Assembly (NCBI GenBank): GCA_965279375.1
Contig: OZ257156.1
Span: 5,024,001-5,088,000, forward strand
Reading direction: 5' to 3'
Length of the DNA: 64,000 nucleotides
Origin: Gemmatimonas sp.
GTDB taxonomy: Bacteria > Gemmatimonadota > Gemmatimonadetes > Gemmatimonadales > Gemmatimonadaceae
Part shown: positions 30,721-39,674 of the stretch, in pieces
Position numbering within the stretch: the first letter of the stretch is position 1
Layout of the letters: each line of letters opens with the position of its first letter
The notes under the pieces: generated by a model
The model's input: only the letters and a program-made list of their open reading frames with translations
Told to the model about the DNA's origin: nothing
Database searches by the model: none
Program-made: the position numbers and the translations under genes

Positions 30721-31637
30721 TGGCTGCCTCCGGCGGGGTTGACTGTCGGGCGAATCTCTGCGCCGCCCAGGCGTTCGACGACGCGTGCGGCCTCCACATG
30801 ATCGGCCTCTTCGCCCAGTTCGATGTGTGCCATGCGGAAGAGCTCCGACGTGATCTGCAACAGCGGCGACGGGACCTTTTGCTCACGCGCGAGATCGGCG
30901 GCGATGGCGACGTCCTTGTCGAGCAGCGCCAGACGGAACGTGCGCGGGAACGCGCGCGTCAGCACGCGCTCGGGAAACAGGTTCATGCTCGCATTCGATC
31001 GACCACTGGACGCGTTGATGACGTCGAGCGCGACATCAGACTTCACGCCGGCCTTCTCCAGTGCGACGAGTCCTTCCGCCGTGCCCCAGATGTGCATCGC
31101 CAGCAGTGCGTTGTTGACTGCCTTGAGCGCATCGCCGGTGCCTACCACACCGCAGTGCACGATGCGCTTGCCGAAGCACTCGAGCACCGGTTGCACGCGC
31201 GCGAGCAACACCGCGTCACCGCCCACCATCACCGTCAGCGCCCCCTGCACCGCGCCCACTACGCCACCGGACACGGGCGCGTCGAGAAATCCAATGCCGC
31301 GCTCGGCGAGCGTGGCCGCCATGCGTCGCGAAGTCGCAGGGTCACCCGAGGTGCAATCGACCAGCACGGATCCCGCAGCCATCGTGGCCAGAAGTCCGTC
31401 GGGGCCATCCAGCAGCGACTCGACGTCGCGCGATACCGGCAAGCAGGTGATGACGATATCGCGATCGCGTGCCGCGTCCGCCGGCGTCGCGGCCACACGA
31501 GACGACGTCTCGGTCCCGAAGGCTTCCGCGCGTGATGCCGTACGGTTCCAGACGACGAGGTCGAACTCGGGACGGGCGAGATGGCGAGCCATCGGCGTTC
31601 CGATGGCGCCCAGTCCGATGAACGCAACACGTGGCAT
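30717..31637 (-). CDS. NAD(P)-dependent oxidoreductase, 3-hydroxyisobutyrate dehydrogenase family
   Basis: FIGLGAIG, WNRT, DAPVSGG and KAVNN. Confidence 0.9.
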   Translation of the reverse strand: MPRVAFIGLGAIGTPMARHLARPEFDLVVWNRTASRAEAFGTETSSRVAATPADAARDRDIVITCLPVSRDVESLLDGPDGLLATMAAGSVLVDCTSGDPATSRRMAATLAERGIGFLDAPVSGGVVGAVQGALTVMVGGDAVLLARVQPVLECFGKRIVHCGVVGTGDALKAVNNALLAMHIWGTAEGLVALEKAGVKSDVALDVINASSGRSNASMNLFPERVLTRAFPRTFRLALLDKDVAIAADLAREQKVPSPLLQITSELFRMAHIELGEEADHVEAARVVERLGGAEIRPTVNPAGGSQ

Positions 31638-31755
31638 GCGAGGGATGGTCGGGAAGACTGTGGATCGGTCAGGCAGACCGGGTGAGCGCGGAGGCTCCTG
31701 CCAAAGATGGCGAGTGAGTCAGGCGCGGACGAGGTGAGCAGGTGAGATTTCGCGC

Positions 31756-32007
31756 ATGACTCAACGGGCGCGCACACGAGTAGCGGTAGAGATCGATGGG
31801 CTGACGGGCATTCATGCGATCCGGGCGGTTTGGACTGCGCTCGGTGCGGTGCCGGGCGTGGTCACCGCCGAGGTGGCGATGACAGGCGTTCGTCTGGAGC
31901 TGGAAGGGCCACTCGACCGCGACGCGCTCGCCGCCGCACTCGAGGCTGCGGGGGTGCGACTGGTGTCGGTGACGGTGGAAGAAGCGCGGGTGTTGCCAAT
32001 TTTGTAG
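31756..32007 (+). CDS. Small heavy-metal-associated (HMA)-fold protein lacking CxxC
   Basis: IDGLTGIHAIRAV..AL.AVPGV..AEV...L.AALEAAG matches the HMA pattern, with GIHA at the CxxC position. Confidence 0.65.
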   Translation: MTQRARTRVAVEIDGLTGIHAIRAVWTALGAVPGVVTAEVAMTGVRLELEGPLDRDALAAALEAAGVRLVSVTVEEARVLPIL

Positions 32008-32195
32008 CGCGCATTGCCATCGGCGGTGTAACGGCAGAAATCTCGCCGCCGAGTGCGCTTCTTGTGGCTGGTTACTGGGGCTAACTTGCGCGCCGAATTC
32101 ACACTGTCGCGCGAATGGGCCCGCCCTTTCGTCGATGAGACCTCAGATCGCCGCGCGGCGACGGGCACCAGCGCCCGTCCCGGGGGGGGACCCCG

Positions 32196-33613
32196 ATGAC
32201 GCCACCCCGTTCGAACGAAAAACGGCCGCTCGCGGCGCTGCTGGTCCCCGACATCCTCGAGCTGCTCGAGGAGGCGCCGGCGAGCATCGGTCGCAGACCG
32301 AGGAGATGCATCCCGCAGACTTGGCCGACTTGGCCGAGGCGCTGCCGGAGGAGCACGTCCGTGCGTTTTTGTTCGCGCTCCCGAAGGAGCGCGCGGCCGA
32401 GGTGCTCGAGTACCTCGATGAAGAGCTGCGGACGCAGGTCCTCGAGGAGCTGACGGCCGGCGAAGCGGCGTCGATCGTCGCGGAAATGACGCCGGACGAG
32501 CGCGCGGACGCGCTCGAGGAGTTGGACGAAGAGACCGCCGACGACATCCTCTCCGAGCTGGGCGCCGAAGCGCAGGCGGAGACGGAGCGGCTGCTCGAGT
32601 ACGATCCGTACACGGCAGGTGGTCTGATGACGACCGAGTTCGTCTCGGTCGCGGAGAACCTGACCGTCGAGGAAGCGCTGCGCTCCGTGCGGACCATGGC
32701 GCGCGCCGGTCGACGGGAGGCGATGTACACCATCTACACCACCGACCAGAACGGGCGACTGCGCGGGGTGCTCTCGCTGCGCGAGCTGTTGGCAGCCCCG
32801 GAAGGTGGGCGCATGGTGGACCTGGCGTGGAGCGATGTCGTCAGCGTCTCCCCGGAGATGTTGCAGGAAGAAGTGTCGCAGGTGACGTCCAACTACGACC
32901 TTGTGGCGCTGCCCGTGGTGGACACCGAGGGGCGGCTGCTCGGCGTGGTGACGGTGGACGACGTTATCGACGTCATTCAGGAAGAGCAGACGGAAGACGT
33001 CCAGAAGATGGGCGGTATGGAAGCGCTCGAAGAGCCGTACATGCAAATCGGGTTGCTGCAGAACGTACGGAAGCGCGCGGGCTGGCTGTCAGTGCTGGCC
33101 GTCAGCGAGATGCTCACTGCCTCGGCGATGGCGCACTACGAAGGCGAAATCGCCAAGGCCGCGTTGCTCGCACAGTTCATTCCGCTGGTGATGAGCTCCG
33201 GCGGTAACTCGGGGTCGCAGGCTACCTCGCTCATCATCCGGGCGATGGCGCTGGGCGAGGTGCGTGTTCGGGACTGGTACAAGGTCGTCATGCGCGAGTT
33301 GCCGGCCGGCATCATTCTCGGGATGATCCTTGGACTACTGGCCGTGACGCGCATCCTCGTGTGGCATTGGCTCGGGCTGTATGACTACGGCGAGCACTTT
33401 GGACGGATCGCCGCAACCATCGGGCTGACGCTCGTGGGCATCGTGACCTTCGGTTCGCTGACCGGCTCGATGTTGCCGTTCGTGCTCAAGCGGCTGGGCT
33501 TCGACCCAGCGAGCGCGAGTGCACCGTTCGTCGCCACGCTCGTGGACGTGACCGGCATCAGCATCTACTTCAGTGTGGCGTACCTGGTGTTGAGCGGTTC
33601 GCTACTCAAGTGA
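32196..33613 (+). CDS. mgtE: Magnesium transporter MgtE, with an apparent 1-nt frameshift near 32290
   Basis: MHPADLAD, CBS pair (TAGGLMT, LLGVVTVDD), SGGNSGSQ and DPASASAPFVATLVD; the natural-looking N-terminus lies in another frame from 32196. Confidence 0.88.
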
Positions 33614-34533
33614 CCGCTCCCAGTGAGGACGCGCGGCGGAAGACGCTGCGCGCGACGCTCCTGGTGGTCTTGAGTGCCTGCTGCTTCGGGTCCGTATCGC
33701 CGCTGACTGTGCTGGCGTTGCGCGGCGGTGCCTCGCTCGAGGCGGTGCAGACCTGGCGATATGCGACGACCGCCGTGGCGTTGATCGCCTGGGCCGCTTG
33801 GACGCGAGTCCCTGTCCCGGAGGATTCGTCCAAACGGTGGTGGAATCCGCGGCTGATGCTCATCGCCGGCGGTGGACAGACGATGGTGGCCACGCTGGCA
33901 CTGTCCGCCATCAAGTTCATTCCGGCCGCGACCGAGGCGTTCCTCTTCTACACGTTCCCGGCGTGGGTCGCGATCATCACCGCCGTTCGAGGCATTGAGA
34001 AGCTGGACCGGGCGCGGGTAATCGCCCTGCTCATGGCGCTGGGCGGCATCTCGTTCATGGTGGGCGCGCCGAGTGCGGGATCGCTCAATCCCATCGGCGT
34101 GGCGATGGCGCTGAGTGCCGCGGTGGTCTACGCGATCTACATCCCGGTGCTGGGCGAACTGCAGCGCACACGCCCCGCGCTCGATGTCTCCCGGGCGATC
34201 GCCGTGGGGGGCACAGTGCTGTTCGCCATCTGGGCGCTGGCGACGGGGACGCTGACGTCGCATCTGGACGCGCTGACGATCGGCTCGGCGGTGCTTCAGG
34301 GGCTGCTGTCGGCGGGGGCATTTCTGGGCTTTCTGGCCGGGCTGAAGAACCTCGGGCCGGTGCGCACCGCAATCACGTCCACGGTGGAGCCCTTCTGGAC
34401 CGCCCTCCTCGGCGTGCTGATGCTCGACCAGCCGATCGGCCCCGGCACGCTGCTGGGCGGGGCGGCGATCATGGGGGCCGTCCTGCTGTTGCAGCGCCCG
34501 CACGTGTCCTCAGCCCCATTACATTCGTCCTGA
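33610..34533 (+). CDS. DMT/EamA family transporter
   Basis: About 10 TM segments in two EamA halves ([16 protein letters not shown]); 4-nt overlap with mgtE. Confidence 0.88.
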   Translation: MTAPSEDARRKTLRATLLVVLSACCFGSVSPLTVLALRGGASLEAVQTWRYATTAVALIAWAAWTRVPVPEDSSKRWWNPRLMLIAGGGQTMVATLALSAIKFIPAATEAFLFYTFPAWVAIITAVRGIEKLDRARVIALLMALGGISFMVGAPSAGSLNPIGVAMALSAAVVYAIYIPVLGELQRTRPALDVSRAIAVGGTVLFAIWALATGTLTSHLDALTIGSAVLQGLLSAGAFLGFLAGLKNLGPVRTAITSTVEPFWTALLGVLMLDQPIGPGTLLGGAAIMGAVLLLQRPHVSSAPLHSS

Positions 34534-34580
34534 GCACGCAGGCGTGTCCGTTCTGGGCGCGCGTCCTTTTGAGGGATGGC

Positions 34581-35597
34581 ATGGCGAAAATTCTGGTAAC
34601 CGGCGCGGCAGGCTTCATCGGCTCCCACACCAGCCAGCGGCTCCTGGCGCGTGGCGACGAGGTTGTCGGCCTCGACAACCTGAACGATTACTACGATCCG
34701 ACGCTGAAGGACGCGCGGTTGGCGCGACTCGTCGGACAGCCTGGCTTTCGGTTCGTGCGCATGGAGCTCGCTGATCGGGCGGGCATTGAATCGCTCTTCA
34801 AGAACGAGCGATTCGATCGGGTGATCCACCTCGCGGCGCAAGCCGGGGTGCGGTACTCGCTGACCAATCCGCACGCCTATATCGACAGCAACATCGTCGG
34901 CTTTCTGCACATCCTCGAAGGATGCCGCCACCACGGGGTGCAGCATCTGACGTATGCCTCGTCGTCGAGCGTGTACGGCGCCAACACGGCCATGCCGTTC
35001 TCCGTGCACCAGAACGTCGACCATCCGGTGTCGCTCTACGCGGCGACGAAGAAGGCGAACGAGTTGATGGCGCACACGTACAGCCATCTGTACGGGCTGC
35101 CGACCACCGGGCTGCGGTTCTTCACCGTGTACGGTCCGTGGGGCCGCCCGGACATGGCGATGTTCCTGTTCACCAAGGCGATTCTCGAAGGGCGACCGAT
35201 CGACGTGTTCAATCACGGCAAGATGCGTCGCGACTTCACGTACATCGACGACATCGTCGAGGGTGTGATCCGCACGAGCGATCACACGGCGCCATCCAAC
35301 CCCGATTGGGATTCCGATGCACCCGACTCCGCGACGAGCAAAGCACCGTACCGACTGTACAACATCGGCAACAACAATCCGGTCGAACTGATGCACCTGA
35401 TTCGCACCGTCGAATCGGAGCTGGGGCGTGTGGCCGAGAAAAACATGCTGGACCTGCAGCCGGGCGACGTGCCGGCCACGTACGCGGATGTCGACGCGCT
35501 CGTGAAGGACGTGGGCTTCGCACCGAAGACGCCGATCGAGGTCGGCGTGCGGAATTTCGTCGCGTGGTATCGCGACTTCTACGGCATCAGCGCGTAA
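34581..35597 (+). CDS. NAD-dependent epimerase (UDP-glucuronate 4-epimerase-like)
   Basis: [33 protein letters not shown] and [14 protein letters not shown]. Confidence 0.92.
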   Translation: MAKILVTGAAGFIGSHTSQRLLARGDEVVGLDNLNDYYDPTLKDARLARLVGQPGFRFVRMELADRAGIESLFKNERFDRVIHLAAQAGVRYSLTNPHAYIDSNIVGFLHILEGCRHHGVQHLTYASSSSVYGANTAMPFSVHQNVDHPVSLYAATKKANELMAHTYSHLYGLPTTGLRFFTVYGPWGRPDMAMFLFTKAILEGRPIDVFNHGKMRRDFTYIDDIVEGVIRTSDHTAPSNPDWDSDAPDSATSKAPYRLYNIGNNNPVELMHLIRTVESELGRVAEKNMLDLQPGDVPATYADVDALVKDVGFAPKTPIEVGVRNFVAWYRDFYGISA

Positions 35598-35604
35598 TCG
35601 CACC

Positions 35605-36909
35605 ATGAAGATCGCCATGATTGGTACCGGGTACGTCGGACTGGTGTCCGGTGCCTGCTTCGCCGAGTTCGGTCCGTACGTGACCTGCGTGGATCTGGAT
35701 CAGGGCAAAATCGATCGCCTGCGTAATGGACAGATTCCCATTTACGAACCGGGTCTCGAGGAGCTGGTCGCGAAGGGGATCAAGTCCGGTCGGCTCGATT
35801 TCACGACGGACCTCGCCGCTGCCGTCGCCGGCGCCGACGCAGTGTTCATCGCCGTCGGCACACCGTCGCGTCGTGGTGATGGACACGCAGACCTGCGCTT
35901 TGTGGAAGCGGCGGCGGCAGACATCGCGCGCGCGATGACTGGCTATACGGTCGTGGTCACCAAGAGCACGGTGCCCGTCGGTACGGGCCGTCGCGTGGCC
36001 AAGATCATCAAGGAGACGAACCCGTCTGCCGATTTCGATGTGGCGTCGAACCCGGAGTTTCTGCGCGAAGGCTCGGCGATCGGTGACTTCATGCGTCCGG
36101 ATCGCGTGGTGATCGGTGCGGAGACCAAGCGCGCACAGGATGTGATGCAGGAGCTCTATCGTCCGCTCTATCTGGCGGAAACACCGATCGTGATGACCAC
36201 GCTGGAGACGGCGGAGCTGACGAAGTACGCGGCCAACGCGTTCCTCGCGACCAAGATCACGTTCATCAATGAGATCGCCGATCTCTGCGAGAAGGTCGGG
36301 GCGAACGTGCAGGACGTCTCGCGTGGCATGGGACTCGACGGACGCATCGGGAAGAAGTTCCTGCATGCCGGACCTGGCTACGGCGGTTCCTGCTTCCCCA
36401 AGGACACGCTGGCTCTCGTGCGCACGGCACAGGAGTACGGTTCGCCCGCGCGTATCGTCGAGACGGTGGTGGCTGTGAACGACACGCGAAAGGGCGCCAT
36501 GGCGACGCGAGTGATCGCAGCTGCCGGCGGTAGTCTGCGCGGCAAGACGGTTGGCGTGCTGGGCGTCGCGTTCAAGCCCAACACGGATGACATGCGCGAT
36601 GCACCCAGTCTGGCAATCGTACCCGCGCTGCAGGATGCAGGTGCGACCGTGCGTGCGTTCGATCCGGCCGCGATGCATGAAGCCAAGTCGCTCCTCCCCA
36701 ACGTGATCTGGTGCGAAGGTCCGTACGAGGTCGCACAGGGCGCCGACGTGCTGGTGCTCATCACGGAGTGGAACGAGTTCCGCGCTCTCGATCTCAAGCA
36801 GATCGCCGAAGCGATGAAGGAGCCGGTGCTGGTGGACCTGCGCAACGTCTATCGTCCGGACGATGTGCGCGCAGCCGGTTTCCGCTACAGCAGCATCGGA
36901 CGCGTCTGA
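35605..36909 (+). CDS. ugd: UDP-glucose 6-dehydrogenase
   Basis: IGTGYVGL, KSTVPVG, SNPEFLREG, GYGGSCFPKD and FKPNTDDMR. Confidence 0.93.
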   Translation: MKIAMIGTGYVGLVSGACFAEFGPYVTCVDLDQGKIDRLRNGQIPIYEPGLEELVAKGIKSGRLDFTTDLAAAVAGADAVFIAVGTPSRRGDGHADLRFVEAAAADIARAMTGYTVVVTKSTVPVGTGRRVAKIIKETNPSADFDVASNPEFLREGSAIGDFMRPDRVVIGAETKRAQDVMQELYRPLYLAETPIVMTTLETAELTKYAANAFLATKITFINEIADLCEKVGANVQDVSRGMGLDGRIGKKFLHAGPGYGGSCFPKDTLALVRTAQEYGSPARIVETVVAVNDTRKGAMATRVIAAAGGSLRGKTVGVLGVAFKPNTDDMRDAPSLAIVPALQDAGATVRAFDPAAMHEAKSLLPNVIWCEGPYEVAQGADVLVLITEWNEFRALDLKQIAEAMKEPVLVDLRNVYRPDDVRAAGFRYSSIGRV

Positions 36910-36966
36910 CCTGACGCAGTCGCGGCAAACGACGTCTGTGCAATGCGCGCGGTGGCTCTTCGGATG

Positions 36967-37857
36967 CTACCGCGCGCGCTTGCTTCGCGGGCTGTTGAGC
37001 AGCCCGTGGAGATACGCGCCATAGTCGTTGCGACCGTGCGCCTCGGCCAACTCCTGCAACGCGTCGTCGCCGATCCACCCCTGGCGCCACGCGACCTCTT
37101 CCGGCACGCCGACCTTGAGCCCCTGCCTCTTCTCCAACGTCTCCACGTAGCTGGACGCTTCGAGCAGCGATTCGACGGTGCCGGTGTCCAGCCACGCAAA
37201 GCCACGACCGAGTAGCTCGATCTGCAGCGTGCCACGCGTGAGGTACGCCGAGATGACGTCGGTGATTTCGAGTTCGCCGCGCGCCGAAGGCGTGAGCTGT
37301 GATGCGATGTCGCTCACCTCGGCGTCGAAGAAGTAGAGCCCCGTGATTGCGTAGTTGGAGCGCGGCACGGCCGGCTTCTCTTCCACACCGATCACGCGAC
37401 CGTCCTCGCCAAGTTCCGCGACGCCATAGCGCTCGGGATTGCGCACGTGGTAACCGAAGATCGTCGCACCGGTGTGACGCGCGTCGGCCTGCCGCAACTT
37501 CTCGATCAGTCCATCGCCGTGGAAGATGTTGTCGCCCAGCACGAGCGTGGCCGGCGCTCCGCCAAGAAACTCGCGACCGATGATGAACGCCTGCGCGAGT
37601 CCTTCAGGGCGCGGCTGCGCCTCGTAGCTGAGCGAGAGTCCCCACTGACTGCCGTCGCCCAGCAGCGACTGAAACAGCACCTGTTCGTGCGGGGTCGTGA
37701 TGATCAGGATGTCGCGAATGCGCGCGTACATCAGAGTGCTGAGCGCGTAGTAGATCATCGGCTTGTCGTACACGGGGAGCAGCTGCTTGCTCACAGCGCG
37801 TGTGATCGGCCACAGCCGACTGCCCGTGCCGCCCGCCAACACGATGCCCTTTCTCAT
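36967..37857 (-). CDS. rfbA: Glucose-1-phosphate thymidylyltransferase
   Basis: [17 protein letters not shown]...[19 protein letters not shown] and WLDTGT. Confidence 0.95.
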   Translation of the reverse strand: MRKGIVLAGGTGSRLWPITRAVSKQLLPVYDKPMIYYALSTLMYARIRDILIITTPHEQVLFQSLLGDGSQWGLSLSYEAQPRPEGLAQAFIIGREFLGGAPATLVLGDNIFHGDGLIEKLRQADARHTGATIFGYHVRNPERYGVAELGEDGRVIGVEEKPAVPRSNYAITGLYFFDAEVSDIASQLTPSARGELEITDVISAYLTRGTLQIELLGRGFAWLDTGTVESLLEASSYVETLEKRQGLKVGVPEEVAWRQGWIGDDALQELAEAHGRNDYGAYLHGLLNSPRSKRAR

Positions 37858-38921
37858 GCGGAGGCTCCCAGCCCAAGTCGTTCGCCGCGGTACGCGCCAC
37901 GCGTCATCGTTTCCACCCACGGTTGATGATCGAGATACCACTGCACCGTCGCGCGCAGTCCTTCCTCGAAACGGTGCGCTGGCTTCCACTGCAACTCGTG
38001 TTCGATGCGCGTCGGATCGATCGCATAGCGGCGGTCGTGTCCCGGACGATCGGCCACGAAGGTGATCAGCGACTCGTGCGTGCCTGACGCACGAGGACGC
38101 AGCTCGTCCATGATGCGGCAGATGTTCTGCACCACCGAGAGGTTGCTGCGCTCGGCGCGCGCACCGACGGCGTAGGTCTCGCCGCACGCTCCGTTTGTTG
38201 CCACCACGCGAAGCGCCCGGGCATGATCGTCCACATGCAGCCAGTCGCGCACCTGCTGACCGTCGCCGTACACGGGTATCGCTTCGCCGCGCAGCGCCTT
38301 GCCGATCGTGAGCGGAATCAGCTTCTCGGGAAACTGACAGGGCCCATAGTTGTTACTGCAATTGGTCACGAGCACCGGCAGACGATACGTACGATGCCAT
38401 GCGCGCACGAGATGATCCGCTGCGGCCTTGCTGGCAGCATACGGCGAGCTCGGATCGTATGGCGTCGCCTCGGTGAAGGCCGACGAGTTTGACGCGTCGC
38501 CGAAGACTTCATCGGTGGAGACATGCAGCAGGCGAAACGCCGCCGACTCGTCGTCCGACAGCGTCTGCCAGTAACGGCGCGTTTCCTCGAGTAGCGTGTA
38601 AGTGCCTATCACATTCGTCTGCAGAAACGCAGCCGGTCCGTCGATCGAACGATCCACGTGGGTCTCTGCGGCCAGATGGACCACCACCTGTGGTCTGTGC
38701 GTGGCCAGCAGTGCGCGTACCGCTGCGGCATCAACGATGTCCACCCGCGCGAAGTGATGGCGCGGACTCGATGCCGCCTCGCCGAGCGATGAGAGGCTGC
38801 CGGCGTAGGTGAGCGCATCCACGTTCAGCACGGTGTGCGGCGTCTCGTCGATCAGTTGACGCACGAGCGCCGATCCGATGAATCCGGCGCCACCCGTGAC
38901 CATCCAGCGATGCGTCGTCAC
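37854..38921 (-). CDS. rfbB: dTDP-glucose 4,6-dehydratase
   Basis: [33 protein letters not shown] and DRPGHDRRY. Confidence 0.95.
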   Translation of the reverse strand: MTTHRWMVTGGAGFIGSALVRQLIDETPHTVLNVDALTYAGSLSSLGEAASSPRHHFARVDIVDAAAVRALLATHRPQVVVHLAAETHVDRSIDGPAAFLQTNVIGTYTLLEETRRYWQTLSDDESAAFRLLHVSTDEVFGDASNSSAFTEATPYDPSSPYAASKAAADHLVRAWHRTYRLPVLVTNCSNNYGPCQFPEKLIPLTIGKALRGEAIPVYGDGQQVRDWLHVDDHARALRVVATNGACGETYAVGARAERSNLSVVQNICRIMDELRPRASGTHESLITFVADRPGHDRRYAIDPTRIEHELQWKPAHRFEEGLRATVQWYLDHQPWVETMTRGAYRGERLGLGASA

Positions 38922-38924
38922 CGT

Positions 38925-39674
38925 TCAGTGCCCCAACCGCTTCTGTTCTTCGCGATCCCGGTCCGATCGCACAACTGCGACGAACCCCAGCAGTGCCACC
39001 GTTGCGAACGCGAACCACTGGTACGCATACGACTGGTGTGAGCCTTCGCTTTGCGATGGCGGCGGGATGCGCGTGGGCTTGGTGATGTCACGCATGGTGG
39101 TGTCGCCGAGGGCCAGCAGGACGAAGGGCGCAAGCGGACGGTGCATCATCGCGGCGAGCGTATCGCGGTCGAGCACACGAACGGCGCGTGGCGCCGACGG
39201 CATGACCACCGCGCCCGTGGTCGCCGGAGGGAACTCCGTCACGAGTGCATCGATGTCCAACGTATCGGCATCGCGCGCCTTTGCCCAATCGACTGTGCGT
39301 CCATCGGGCGCATAGAGATAGCCACGCAGCACGAGAATCGCGGTGTCGCCCCACGCGCCATCGAGCGGTCGAACGGGTGTGAGCAGATGCACCCCAGGCG
39401 AACCTGCCTGCGAGCGTGTGGCGTGCACGAGCTCGGCGTCATAGTCGGCCACGCCACGCAGGGTGACATGTCGCCAGTGCGTCGCGCTGGTGTCCTGTCC
39501 CGCGAGCGTGCTGATGGAGACCGGCGCCGCTGCGGTGCGCGCGAGCACGAGCGCGTTGGACGCACGGCGTTGCGCGAGTCGATCCAGCTGCCAGAACCCC
39601 AGACGTACACACACGCCGGCGATCAGCACGATCGCCACCCCGAACAGCTTGGTCCGGGTAGACATCCGACTCAC
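38925..39674 (-). CDS. SURF1 family protein
   Basis: LGFWQLDR, LTP, VLRG and HQSYAYQWFAF; two TM segments. Confidence 0.88.
   Translation of the reverse strand: MSRMSTRTKLFGVAIVLIAGVCVRLGFWQLDRLAQRRASNALVLARTAAAPVSISTLAGQDTSATHWRHVTLRGVADYDAELVHATRSQAGSPGVHLLTPVRPLDGAWGDTAILVLRGYLYAPDGRTVDWAKARDADTLDIDALVTEFPPATTGAVVMPSAPRAVRVLDRDTLAAMMHRPLAPFVLLALGDTTMRDITKPTRIPPPSQSEGSHQSYAYQWFAFATVALLGFVAVVRSDRDREEQKRLGH

Noticed and set aside
32008..32195. M-box or fluoride riboswitch upstream of mgtE, and the G7 tract as a phase-variation site
   Set aside because: No convincing consensus match; the G-tract lies upstream of the likely start and about 100 nt from the frameshift.
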